A stretch of 64,000 nt of DNA from positions 57,633 to 121,632 of the forward strand of contig JAZQYV010000019.1 in the NCBI GenBank assembly GCA_045633705.1, read 5' to 3'. Below, in pieces: positions 20,101 through 27,431 of the stretch. Each line of letters starts with the position of its first letter. Position 1 is the first letter of the stretch. The notes below the pieces were generated by a model that was given only the letters and a program-made list of their open reading frames with translations, was not told the DNA's origin and searched no databases. Source of the stretch: Candidatus Onthoplasma sp. (lineage in GTDB: Bacteria > Bacillota > Clostridia > Christensenellales > UBA1242). A program made the position numbers and the translations under genes.

Positions 20101-22781
20101 ACAATATTGTACCTTCAGCACAAATTGATTTGGGCGGCATAACAGCAAGCAACGGATTGGACGACTCAACAAAGGTTGCCACAATTACAAATTCAACTTC
20201 GGCAATAAATTTACAATCAATTGCATTAATTGCCGGTGTGGCTGGTGTTAACCGTGGCAAAATAACAAACACTATATACACTGGAAATATTATAAGCACC
20301 AGCGGAAATAACGCATTTGCATCCACAGTATTCACTGCTGGATTTGTAGTTGAAAACATGGCTGGCTCATACATATCACTAAGCTATGTAAACAATGAAA
20401 ATAAAGGCGATATGATTAACAGTGTTGGTAATACAGCCGGTTTTGCGTACAACAATTCTGGTACAATAAACAACAGTTATATCGTTAATGCAAGCATAAG
20501 GTCACAAGGCAATATTGGTGGTTTTGTATATCAAAACTCTGGTGTGTTAGATTGTTGTTATTCTTATGTAAACATTCCAAGCAGTTTGTTCTATCAAGAA
20601 TTTATATATGTAATGTCAGAAGTAGGAGAAATATCTAATTGTTATACAATTACTGATAGTACAAGAGTTGTAACAATATTAGGTTTAAAATCAATTAAAC
20701 CGGCGGATAAAGCAGATAGGGAAAAATATCAAGGCTTTGTATTGCATGACAACAAGAATGGTATTTGGAGTATGGGGGCCGAATTCCCTTGTCTTGATAA
20801 TGCTGGATTTACTCTTGCTGAAGGCAATGATTATACCAATATATATAACATTCACGACATGGAAACATATCAAGGTTATTTTAAGATGTTTGTGGACAAA
20901 GACATGTCAGGCAAAACATTTAAAATAATACGTGATATTGATTTTGCTAATGCCGAGTTTGGAAATCCTATAACAGTTTCAATGGAGCTTAGCACAAATC
21001 TAGAAGGCAATGATATGCAGATATTAAATTATAATATCTACAAAGAAAACACAGTTGAAAACATAGGATTATTTGCAAGCATTGAAAAAGATGTTTATGT
21101 GCGCAACTTAATATTAAAACCAGAAAGCATTAAAGCTACCAGTGCATATGCTGTTGGCGCATTGGCCGGCATAATTGATAGTGCTGATGTGTTTAATATA
21201 AAAATAGATAACGATAAATTACTGATTTTAGGTAAAAATGCTGTGGGTGGATTGGCAGGTGTTGTGAAAGGTCAATTTACTATTTCTGGAATTACAAGTA
21301 ACGTCAGTGCTTTTGCAACTTATAGATACAACACTTTAAGTATGTATAATTTGTATACAGGCAAAAATGTTATGGGTACAGAAACAGATAATATTAGTCA
21401 AGTATCTTATGTTGGCAGTATTGCGGGAATTATCAACGGCTATAATCACACAGCTTCATTTAATGCAGAAACACGAAACACTCAAAACTATTACACTGCA
21501 TCATACTTAAAAGTTGATGGGAATTTAGTATTAATTGGTGAAACCGTAGGCGCATTGTTTGGTTTGGTTGGAGAACAAACTTTGGTGTACAACGCTAATT
21601 ATCAATTAACTAAAGACACAAAATATCAAGCAGAATTTGTTGCTGGTGGATTGGTGGGTGAAAATAGGGGCGCATTGCAAAACTGCGCTATATCAGCACA
21701 AAAAATTGAAGGAACTAATTCGTATGTTGATACAAGTACGTGCTTTAATTATAATGCAAGAGTTAATGGCGGAATTGTTGGTATTAACATTGGCGGATTG
21801 GTATCAAGATGTAGTTCAAGCATCACAATTATAAACAACCAACCAATAGTAACGGTTGGCGGAATTGTGGGCAGAAACATTGATGGATTTGTTTGGGAAT
21901 GTACTGTAGATGGAATGCTAAGCGGATTTTATGTCGGCGGAATTGCTGGAACCGATTACAGTTATAGTACTATTGTAAAGGTTAAGGACGGTTATGGTAC
22001 AGCAACGGATACAATCGTATATAAGAATATCAGCCATTTAAGTAGTTATAATAACGAGAATGTGGCATTCAAGGACAATACTCTTACAAGAAAATATATT
22101 CAAAACTTCCTAAATGTTAGCTCACAATATTATGAATTTAATTCTAAGCATATTGATTCTTCGACCACTGAACCTTTGGTTAAGACTGAAAAAGCATTTG
22201 GTTTAATTATCGGTTTAACTGACGACACCTATAATATTATTGAAGGTATCAGTTCTACAGACTATAGCAAAATAACCATATCGAAATCTACAACCGATTC
22301 TGTTCAAACTGAGTACAATTTAATATATACCGTTGACCAAACTGCAAAACAGTATACTGTAGAAGGATACGGCAACATAATAGACGCTGCATTCAATTTA
22401 AACGGGTTATACACATCAGGCAGTACACCTGCAGTTATTGCATTCTTAATTGCTAAAGAAGAGGTTGCCTATGAAGGTTGGAGTGCCGTTAGTGGTTACG
22501 GTGATAAAATTGTAATAATATCAAACAAAGCTATACAGTCATTAACTTTTAAATCAGCTAACATTTTACAATATGAAGACAATAAATATGCGATAATTGT
22601 TGAAGGCAAGCTGATTGCAGTTAATAAACTACGTTATACTATACGTACCGATGATTGGGCAAAGATATTGACTACCGACGGAACTGGAACATTGGGCTTT
22701 GGCTATTATACACTAGATAATGAAAATACACCTATTGTAACTTTAGGTAACGAAGGCAAAAAATTATATGTAATAGGTTAA
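11154..22781 (+). CDS. giant cell-surface lipoprotein (about 3875 aa) with Ig-like regions and three GLUG-motif modules
   Basis: A continuous ORF. I prefer the ATG at 11154 (AGGGG SD 5 nt upstream) over the GTG at 11139. The signal peptide has a lipobox-like FCAC. There are three blocks of repeated (V/I)GG(L/I/V)(I/V/A)G...N.G motifs, such as VGGLIGVNSKV, VGGLIGSAKNS and VGGIVGRNIDG. Each block is introduced by an NPY/EQF-type lead-in (ENPYLIASAEDF at about 14985). No LPXTG motif. Confidence 0.85.
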   Translation: MKKVLLFTTVCLMLLSSVVFCACDKKYDKLKIESNISEINLVLDGNDNARRQNIIFELSGAKSWGKVNIETKPSGLVRVIRSEVEDKLYGVEIEGLQPTGKGATLVFTHLASGKECVIPLNIGRRLQTVASAGNDFIIQRPVIKSGEKVEVEIPTRQLLDCYPSNYMDNIVWQKSSGEPVPGVNVTSYNKENQIVAPFVSGKSTAQKTLIVLDENVKVNTTFKIEPISVLEDGNATCYTDTSINVKIINVPTFENVLIVSPTHSERVDSGDPTASKLLKELVLISNPDKMVRTDSADGYNYYNTGLVELSMLDMPLGVSFAEMYSQLFNVEMSCDINDLLLETLEFGKYRVVASITSHGEGEIKIKFTPKNCVGDVKEFELAIPIIVGERATSMTATNNGLPVPILAEANGKDFTSRDVPLNDSSSYGQSFQFDVLSTNTLSGLRNYTITIKKQLLYINPDYIKNDGVTKTSRFILSRDGSEYNINDIVNSYEYQIALVKDGREITFYDDNDGNNTFTSEPITPQNTVYIKWVRVATGYVDSNQPFQITIKSKYNQMYDIESPYFDNLALTYTVAFNRQRTVASVEYGPVKVEKEGVMTDVQAGSGYSDDWQFYFLPDMITNNNEGERYTFYGIQITKLKGLNNAQLIGDEAKVDLNISIIGPNTGLGICEYVYDKDIGLFEFKNSCTLKYEDSKISYDNIIVFGVKAGKTINYGDWQLEISQVNRPIADKDIKVYKTLEENDINVSISDADYSGDLLRYEKLDAKPYDFEYNYSNYYENLAGRYVKVSNNVWNPMKTYYTTKVLNDVYKYVELSAKPDKFEENYSNYYLYNGSAEIYEQVTNSIWDSTQKYYSKQQVKEFIDTLIDVENAYILSASTATQAKYNVNLSISNNEYITIHSKKAVANFVDSYRLLEDGTNFDMDWTKYYMLKDGVYTQLSGTSSPGFVAGKYYENLSTLSESLLSGFVTITESKNEITTTNFGTFNTSTGEKNYIKITYEIQPVKYDYYKISDQLGETKTKSIYVYVYEPITSVTFDRTLLEKYDYYHQDSNGSTLLTSLREQYGTETLNIKINGESNSSVLNYVDILWITNLTGIDNVVKHDNNTSATYTFKAIKPALSDQKEGISGTIYALVNQFGAQYSIQCGYNVKIPNLTERIILNTPSQTFKSGGAYINMKLGETLPIDVTQHCSKGNVSMPGVQYVTCNIRGDKSNDIISFSDGQLTANAAGRAKLVIVSTDALTTELSASLKYLNLPTYVRGAALDCAMIIDIIVSDGSAENPYLIASAEDFKDIQADFVAGVNNKHYALTQNIDLMGEGITISGDFAGSFISYQEDEYSNNRFIVYGAMLNQSNPTLFEKLTASAKLENITFYIDIDYNASGRIGDTSIGLIGTNFGKIKNVTAIVSGKIYDTARAAADPSPDYSIGLLVANNKGMVEFDDITLVGVQGHVIVDLPNNSVMIGGLIGINSGTLIGMHTGAKQNQTTGNIEYETYYDNQGAVTDITLSVKAKQDNDSAVGGVIGYNKGKLNNVYSMGAIESSINNVGGLIGVNSKVDGAEIKSKFTILSDANLLGVGKVEFTTDASDFQINNCYSAATIVGCNNVGGVVGSDEGGSYYKVYYEIYSNNKVSITGNDQVGGLIGSAKNSNLYYCYVQNFAWDYSNNVDTFDIKANNTVGGLIGYAKSDSANYPNNNTENSPVRLNVVSCSASVNMEIAESSGVVSGLIAELDGYGAVYTAYYYGVIKASNGAFESTKFENGADIVGTTNLAYNNAYTIINGVYTEHYSKADDASDYKFKGFGTEPAYNNGNPYIVITQDGSNLVTIMPSSIEIDTAFEIEDANGKWIYEQYKDGITEFYIKLNNGWVIYDSANPTHTAKTRYAKIDDKYFEVEKQYVYLVDAWEEYDITNTSHDTLTPYNKLLGWTIYDAANFGHQKVARYNRNKVYEQYKYGEYALYSGSIVDYNPTIHTDAPRYTVRAELMDAEHSNDKSNYRKQAVVMYYYEFADTSGRYAIEDMYELNTISIRKIVGDSGIIVVPEEASKKFMLKSSDNGVVRILNGENLLLRSEGQAIITITSSINPSVSASFVVVVRTKVLDFNLYTSADLHNDNKITANTNINIVKGSSKLVETDFSYSINTYHGRTYKCVSATNIEIDFSINYVGPQTIADADIVNYITLNGVLNSDGTSYTIPSGQSIIISVDEHVNGKFVITATPYVISLYTYTDADGEQHIVKNRAQLPSSFVKSFNVVTKKGASAINVDRTQIDMMPSDQPSNLGLKISTDVKVDELKYQIVDITSETGTAGVDYINSLDIIFNNTLYTGTANGIINSIPDDTFDVDDKIQSLDLILRLNENSHYIYTTYTLQVRFYMENGTGKIVEEIIHINVLPQIITSIVPLNYRMEDRELQPGEPSISFDRAYESGVIRPGTTNIITIDIVPNIAIYDYVEVRDITTQDKILFMQVDENLKPLANMDAWINKGIKLKKLKNQTTNKDDSRLYLIAKLPENSTHNITHTIQITIYTKLGEPVIEYLNLEAIMYPTVVMKYSDPTGKQVAKADTRLGTNQIKSDTADLALGVEAPIYIETYNIDDDSLQYNIKITNAAGTEVNKDYVRLNYAYDRYVLYFNSSSILNRDELIGGKIEVSFTASKHLNGILETCCASIEFTIREFVIHSVSMTPSTIQNGEEKLYGDWSIRGNGNEIEDTEYWAYKEFCFDRTDISFYNNGYWNVKYTMANTQNLPEIKSILTKINQLENGTILYLNELTTNITTSVKSDSGYVGNGFEIKHETNALKIKAYNDSDINNIKLGVKFEYGYDASNKPVIPVPVDVDTQEISAEFGFVFTDKSTPFDEYLFVSTTEQFVNMIEGKYYQLTNDLVFEDEYTPLNTSISALNGNGYTITIKKFNTAQLVQDYIGGGMYIGLFGKVAEDTIIQNLQVDYNGVDGVIVSLIDNEMIQQQYSNEIFFGGITAVNEGAITNVKVTGSFTLLNNIVPSAQIDLGGITASNGLDDSTKVATITNSTSAINLQSIALIAGVAGVNRGKITNTIYTGNIISTSGNNAFASTVFTAGFVVENMAGSYISLSYVNNENKGDMINSVGNTAGFAYNNSGTINNSYIVNASIRSQGNIGGFVYQNSGVLDCCYSYVNIPSSLFYQEFIYVMSEVGEISNCYTITDSTRVVTILGLKSIKPADKADREKYQGFVLHDNKNGIWSMGAEFPCLDNAGFTLAEGNDYTNIYNIHDMETYQGYFKMFVDKDMSGKTFKIIRDIDFANAEFGNPITVSMELSTNLEGNDMQILNYNIYKENTVENIGLFASIEKDVYVRNLILKPESIKATSAYAVGALAGIIDSADVFNIKIDNDKLLILGKNAVGGLAGVVKGQFTISGITSNVSAFATYRYNTLSMYNLYTGKNVMGTETDNISQVSYVGSIAGIINGYNHTASFNAETRNTQNYYTASYLKVDGNLVLIGETVGALFGLVGEQTLVYNANYQLTKDTKYQAEFVAGGLVGENRGALQNCAISAQKIEGTNSYVDTSTCFNYNARVNGGIVGINIGGLVSRCSSSITIINNQPIVTVGGIVGRNIDGFVWECTVDGMLSGFYVGGIAGTDYSYSTIVKVKDGYGTATDTIVYKNISHLSSYNNENVAFKDNTLTRKYIQNFLNVSSQYYEFNSKHIDSSTTEPLVKTEKAFGLIIGLTDDTYNIIEGISSTDYSKITISKSTTDSVQTEYNLIYTVDQTAKQYTVEGYGNIIDAAFNLNGLYTSGSTPAVIAFLIAKEEVAYEGWSAVSGYGDKIVIISNKAIQSLTFKSANILQYEDNKYAIIVEGKLIAVNKLRYTIRTDDWAKILTTDGTGTLGFGYYTLDNENTPIVTLGNEGKKLYVIG
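13431..14020 (+). repeat. three tandem ~45-aa aromatic repeats inside the giant protein
   Basis: YEKLDAKPYDFEYNYSNYYENLAGRYVKVSNNVWNPMKTYY / VELSAKPDKFEENYSNYYLYNGSAEIYEQVTNSIWDSTQKYY / EDGTNFDMDWTKYYMLKDGVYTQLSGTSSPGFVAGKYY. Confidence 0.6.
16670..17075 (+). repeat. three to four tandem W-x-x-YD-x-x-N-x-x-H repeats inside the giant protein
   Basis: GWVIYDSANPTHTAKTRYAK / AWEEYDITNTSHDTLTPYNK / GWTIYDAANFGHQKVARYNR / degenerate GSIVDYNPTIHTDAPRYTV. Confidence 0.6.
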
Positions 22782-22798
22782 TAATTAGCTTATATAAA

Positions 22799-22832
22799 AG
22801 AACATTTGATTAAGTTCAAATGTTCTTTTTGT
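22799..22832 (+). terminator. rho-independent terminator after the giant gene
   Basis: AGAACATTTGA (22799-22809) / TCAAATGTTCT (22816-22826) followed by a T-run. Confidence 0.75.
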
Positions 22833-22863
22833 ATTCTAAAATTATGCAATTATTAAAAAATGT

Positions 22864-22893
22864 TTGTAATATAAAATTTTTATGTGGTATAAT
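22864..22893 (+). promoter_or_regulatory. extended -10 promoter abutting the ABC exporter start codon
   Basis: TTGTAA (22864-22869), 18-nt spacer, TGgTATAAT (-10 at 22888-22893). The ATG at 22902 is only 8 nt downstream and there is no SD. Confidence 0.5.
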
Positions 22894-22901
22894 AAATACA
22901 A

Positions 22902-24638
22902 ATGAAAAATATAGCCAAATATTTAAAGTATTATAAACTCCAAGTATTACTTGGGCCCATTTTTAAACTAATTGAGGCAATTCTGGAATTATCTTGCCCA
23001 ATACTAGTTGCCAAAATTATTGACATAGGTATTGCTAGTGGCGATGCTGGTTATATAATTAAATATGGTTTGATCGTAATAGCACTTAATATTATTGGTT
23101 TTGCATTTGCTATAGGTTGTCAAAAATGTGCATCTATTGCCAGTGTTGGTATTGCAACCAAAATTCGTGAAGATATGTATACCAACATCAACAACTTATC
23201 ACATGCCGAGCTTGATAAGTTTGGTACATCATCTCTGCTTACACGCTTAACCAACGATGTTGCACAAATTGAAAATATGGTATCAATCTTTATCAGAGTT
23301 ATGATACGATGCCCATGTTTATTAATTGGCTCGATTGTATTATCAATGATGATAAATCTAAAATTATCTGTAGTGTTTTTAGTTGTAATTCCAATATTAA
23401 CTATTGTATTAATAATATTTACTAAAAAAACCATGCCATTTTTTAAATTGGTTCGTCAAAAATTAGATGGCGTGTCACGCATTACTCGTGAGAATCTATC
23501 TGGTGTTAGGGTAGTAAGGGCATTTAATCATCAACAAGAGGAAGAAAAACGTTTTTTTGATGCTAATGATAAATTGGTTAAAACAACCATAAGTGTAAGT
23601 CAAATTTCGGCATTGCTTAACCCATTAATCTATTTAATTGTTGACTTTGCAATTATTGCAATTTTGTGGTTTGGTGGTATTGAAATCAATGTTGGCGGTC
23701 TTACACAAGGTGAATTGATTGCATTTAGTAATTATATGATAACCCTTTCAAATGCCTTGATTGCAACTTCACGTATTTATGTAAATTTGGTGCGAACAAC
23801 AGCTAGTGCCCATCGTATTAATGAGGTTTTGCAAGCAAAATCTAGCATTATATTTAACGACAAGAAGATAACAGTTGGTGACGAGCAAAGCCAGCCAATA
23901 CTAGAATTTAAAAATGTAGGATTTTCATATAACAAAACCGAAACCGACCCTGAACGTATGTTTATTAAAAACCTTACATTTAGTTTGATGCCAAACCAAA
24001 CTTTAGGCATTATCGGCAGTACCGGTTCGGGCAAAACCACACTGTCAAACTTAATGATTAGATTTTACGATTGCAACACTGGTGAAATTTTACTATATGG
24101 TAAAAACATTAAAGATTATCCAGTAAAACAGTTGCGAAACATTGTAAGTATCACACAACAGCGTTCAACATTGTTTTCAGGTAGTCTTAGACAAAATATG
24201 CAAATTCGAAAAAACAATGCTAGCGATGAGGAGATTATTGCAGCATTAAAAACTGCTCAAGCTTGGGATTTTGTTAAAGATTTTCCAAATTTGTTGGATT
24301 ATAAGATTATGGCTGGAGGCAAGAACGTATCAGGTGGGCAAATGCAGCGCTTGACAATTGCGCGCAGCTTGATAGGCGAGCCTAAATTATTGATTTTAGA
24401 TGATAGTGCAAGTGCATTAGACTTTTTAACAGATTTAAATTTGCGCAAAGCGCTTAAAAATGACCTAAATTGTGCAACCGTAATTGTTTCGCAGCGAACA
24501 ACAACAATAAAAAACGCTGACTTGATTATTGTACTTGACCATGGAGATGTTGTTGGTATGGGAAAGCATAAAGATTTGTTAAAAAATTGTGCAATATATC
24601 GTGAAACATATATTTCACAAACGCAGAGGGAGGAATAA
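22902..24638 (+). CDS. ABC exporter permease/ATP-binding half-transporter (degenerate-site subunit)
   Basis: 578 aa, six-TM domain plus NBD. Walker A is GSTGSGKTT and the signature is VSGGQMQR. Walker B is LILDD followed by D (24402-24404) instead of the catalytic E. The H-loop His is replaced by Q (24492-24494). Confidence 0.9.
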   Translation: MKNIAKYLKYYKLQVLLGPIFKLIEAILELSCPILVAKIIDIGIASGDAGYIIKYGLIVIALNIIGFAFAIGCQKCASIASVGIATKIREDMYTNINNLSHAELDKFGTSSLLTRLTNDVAQIENMVSIFIRVMIRCPCLLIGSIVLSMMINLKLSVVFLVVIPILTIVLIIFTKKTMPFFKLVRQKLDGVSRITRENLSGVRVVRAFNHQQEEEKRFFDANDKLVKTTISVSQISALLNPLIYLIVDFAIIAILWFGGIEINVGGLTQGELIAFSNYMITLSNALIATSRIYVNLVRTTASAHRINEVLQAKSSIIFNDKKITVGDEQSQPILEFKNVGFSYNKTETDPERMFIKNLTFSLMPNQTLGIIGSTGSGKTTLSNLMIRFYDCNTGEILLYGKNIKDYPVKQLRNIVSITQQRSTLFSGSLRQNMQIRKNNASDEEIIAALKTAQAWDFVKDFPNLLDYKIMAGGKNVSGGQMQRLTIARSLIGEPKLLILDDSASALDFLTDLNLRKALKNDLNCATVIVSQRTTTIKNADLIIVLDHGDVVGMGKHKDLLKNCAIYRETYISQTQREE

Positions 24639-26392
24639 TGAAAACGAAACAATCCCTAAAGGGCATGATGCCAACAATCAAAAAAGTTATAGCCTATGCT
24701 AAACCCCACAAAGTATATTTTTATTTATCGATAGTATGTGCAATTATTTCAATTGGATTAAATATGTTTTTGCCAGTTATACTGGGGTGGGCAATTGACT
24801 GCGTTGTTGGCGTTAATGCGGTAAATTTTGAAAAACTTACAAATATTTTGATGTTGATTGGCATTCAAGCAGTTACAAGTGCCATTTTTGAGTGGTTTGA
24901 AGATTATTTTGAAAATATTTTAACTAATCGCACAGCTCAAAGTATGCGTGATAAGTGCTTCCAAAAAATTAATAAAGTTCCTTTAAAGTATATTGACAAT
25001 CAACCTCACGGCGATATTATGAATACGATAATCAATGATATCGAAAATGTGACCGACGGATTTATCTCAAGTTTTAAATCATTGATGTCAGGTGTGGTTA
25101 CAATTATAAGTGTCATTATATTTATGGTTACAATTAATATACCGATGGCATTGATTGTTATAGTGTTAGGGCCATTGAGTTTGTTGATTTCGATATATAT
25201 TACAAAAAAATCCAAAAAAATGTACAACGAACGTGTAAACAAACTTGGCGAGATAAGTGCTTATAGCGAAGAGATGTTGGGTAATATCAAGGTCGTAAAA
25301 GCTTTCAACAATGAACAGCAAAATATAAAAGAGTTCCAAAGGATTAACAAAGAGCTATACACATCAAGTGAAAAAGCCTCATTTTACGCTTCGCTTGCAG
25401 GACCTTGTACAAGATTTGTAAATGGAACACTATATGCAATAGTTGCAGTTAGTGGCGCATTTGTATGTATTAATGGTCATATAAGTATTGGTCAGGTTTC
25501 AACCTTTTTAAGTTATGTCGACAACTATACATCGCCATTTAACGAACTTGCTAGTATTGTTGCCGATATTCAACTTGCAGTTGCAAGTGCAAATCGTGTA
25601 TTTGACCTGCTTGAGGAGAAAGATGCAGTTAGTGATGAGGGTAATCCAAACATTGTAAATTGTAATGGAGAAATAAAGCTGAAAGATGTATGCTTTTCGT
25701 ATACACAACAATCTAAACTTATTGAAAATCTAAATGTGTCAGCCACCAAGGGGCAAAAGATTGCCATTGTTGGGCCAACCGGTTGCGGGAAATCTACAAT
25801 CATTAATCTACTGATGAGGTTTTATGATATAAATAGTGGTAAAATATTGGTAAGCAATCGAGACGTGCAAAAGGTAACACGCAAAAGCTTAAGAAATTGT
25901 TATGGTATGGTGTTGCAAGAAAGCTGGCTGTACAATGCCTCAATTCGTGATAATATTGCCTATGGTAAACCAGATGCAACAATGGAAGAAATTATTGAGG
26001 CAAGCAAACTGGCGCATGCGCATTCATTTATCGAAAAAATGCCAAATGGTTATGATACAATTATTACCGAAAATGCTGACAATGTGTCAGCTGGGCAAAA
26101 GCAACTTATTTGTATTGCGCGTATAATGCTAACCAAGCCACCTATGCTAATTTTAGATGAGGCAACAAGCAATATTGATACTCGTACCGAGATGAATATT
26201 CAACAAGCATTTGATTACATCATGGAAGGTAGAACTTGTTTTATAGTGGCCCACAGGTTATCAACAATTATTAATGCCGATATGATTTTAGTTATGAACA
26301 AAGGTAAAATTATCGAACAAGGAACACATCAAGAATTGCTTGCAAAAAATGGATTTTATACACAATTGTTTAATAGCCAATTTGGTTCATAA
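24638..26392 (+). CDS. ABC exporter permease/ATP-binding half-transporter (consensus-site subunit)
   Basis: 584 aa. Walker A is GPTGCGKST, signature VSAGQKQ, Walker B LILDEATS, H-loop VAHRLST. The start overlaps the upstream stop (TAATG), and a GGAGG SD is present. Confidence 0.9.
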   Translation: MKTKQSLKGMMPTIKKVIAYAKPHKVYFYLSIVCAIISIGLNMFLPVILGWAIDCVVGVNAVNFEKLTNILMLIGIQAVTSAIFEWFEDYFENILTNRTAQSMRDKCFQKINKVPLKYIDNQPHGDIMNTIINDIENVTDGFISSFKSLMSGVVTIISVIIFMVTINIPMALIVIVLGPLSLLISIYITKKSKKMYNERVNKLGEISAYSEEMLGNIKVVKAFNNEQQNIKEFQRINKELYTSSEKASFYASLAGPCTRFVNGTLYAIVAVSGAFVCINGHISIGQVSTFLSYVDNYTSPFNELASIVADIQLAVASANRVFDLLEEKDAVSDEGNPNIVNCNGEIKLKDVCFSYTQQSKLIENLNVSATKGQKIAIVGPTGCGKSTIINLLMRFYDINSGKILVSNRDVQKVTRKSLRNCYGMVLQESWLYNASIRDNIAYGKPDATMEEIIEASKLAHAHSFIEKMPNGYDTIITENADNVSAGQKQLICIARIMLTKPPMLILDEATSNIDTRTEMNIQQAFDYIMEGRTCFIVAHRLSTIINADMILVMNKGKIIEQGTHQELLAKNGFYTQLFNSQFGS

Positions 26393-26404
26393 AAATTATT
26401 TATA

Positions 26405-26450
26405 AAAATAGGGCAAAATACTTAAATTAAGTATATTACCCTATTTTTTA
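26405..26450. terminator. bidirectional terminator between the ABC pair and the amidase gene
   Basis: Long imperfect hairpin ATAGGG...CCCTAT (26408-26444) flanked by an A-run and a T-run. Confidence 0.6.
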
Positions 26451-26457
26451 TTTAATT

Positions 26458-27153
26458 TTATATTCCTAAATACATCATTATTCCACGATATACACTATAT
26501 ACAAATTCTTCACGATAATTATCATCATTAAGCAGTTGTTCTTCTTCAGGAGATGACACGAACCCACATTCAATTAACACGCTGGTATATTTAGTGCAAT
26601 TCAGTATATAATAATCACCTTTTCCAACAGTGCTTGATGCATTGGCAATGTAATAATGTAAACTATCTTGTATTGCTTTGGCAGCCTCAAAACTGGTGGC
26701 GCTATCTATTTGATAAAATGTTTTTGCCCCCTTGCAACTATCAAGTGGAAAACTATTCATATGAATGCTTACTACAAGGTCAGGGGTTGCCTTGTTGATG
26801 ATATCTCGGCGCTTGCGCATATCGCTTAACTTTTTGTTGCTGGCATCTTCATCGTATAGGCCACTATCAGTTGAACGTGTCATAACAACCTTTACGCCGG
26901 CCTTCGATAATAACTTTTGCAAGCTTTTGGCATATGCCAGGTTAAGTTCCTTTTCAACACTTCCATTAGCACCAATACTACCACCATCACGCCCACCGTG
27001 ACCTGCGTCAATAACAATGGTGTATTCGCCTTTAGGTCGGACGCTAGCGCTTACGCTGGGGATAATGGCAACACAAGCAATTAAAACAGCACAAACAATG
27101 GCCACTAAAATATATTTTCGTTTTAACACAAATACCCACAAGTTTTTAATCAT
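26458..27153 (-). CDS. cwlD: N-acetylmuramoyl-L-alanine amidase, CwlD-like (germination-specific type)
   Basis: 231 aa with an N-terminal TM segment and an Amidase_3 domain (VIDAGHGGRDGG, MTRSTD, SIHMNS, ECGF). The length and layout match B. subtilis CwlD. Confidence 0.75.
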   Translation of the reverse strand: MIKNLWVFVLKRKYILVAIVCAVLIACVAIIPSVSASVRPKGEYTIVIDAGHGGRDGGSIGANGSVEKELNLAYAKSLQKLLSKAGVKVVMTRSTDSGLYDEDASNKKLSDMRKRRDIINKATPDLVVSIHMNSFPLDSCKGAKTFYQIDSATSFEAAKAIQDSLHYYIANASSTVGKGDYYILNCTKYTSVLIECGFVSSPEEEQLLNDDNYREEFVYSVYRGIMMYLGI

Positions 27154-27218
27154 ACACTATAAATACGATAAAAATTTACAAAGTATGTTATTTATGGTTA
27201 AATATATTTATTAAAAAT

Positions 27219-27247
27219 TTGACAAAACATAAAATGTGTGATATAAT
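27219..27247 (+). promoter_or_regulatory. consensus sigma-A promoter for tRNA-Leu
   Basis: TTGACA (27219-27224), 17-nt spacer, TGaTATAAT (-10 at 27242-27247). Confidence 0.75.
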
Positions 27248-27269
27248 AATTTTATAAGTTAATCAATAA

Positions 27270-27356
27270 GCGGATATGGCGGAATTGGCAGACGCGCAAG
27301 ACTAAGGATCTTGTGAAGTAACATTCTTGCAGGTTCAAATCCTGTTATCCGCACCA
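27270..27356 (+). tRNA. tRNA-Leu, anticodon AAG (A34), class II with a long variable arm and encoded CCA
   Basis: Hand fold: acceptor GCGGATA/TATCCGC, D stem GCG/CGC, anticodon stem CAAGA/TCTTG, loop CTAAGGA (anticodon 27304-27306), T stem GCAGG/CCTGT with loop TTCAAAT, then discriminator A and CCA. Confidence 0.85.
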
Positions 27357-27386
27357 AACAAATTCTAATTAAGGATTTGTTTTTTT
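27357..27386 (+). terminator. rho-independent terminator after tRNA-Leu
   Basis: Stem 27357-27365 pairs with 27373-27381 (AAACAAATTC / GGATTTGTTT), followed by a T-run. Confidence 0.65.
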
Positions 27387-27431
27387 ATAAAAATCGATAC
27401 AAAAATATAAAGGATATGTTATAATAAAATT

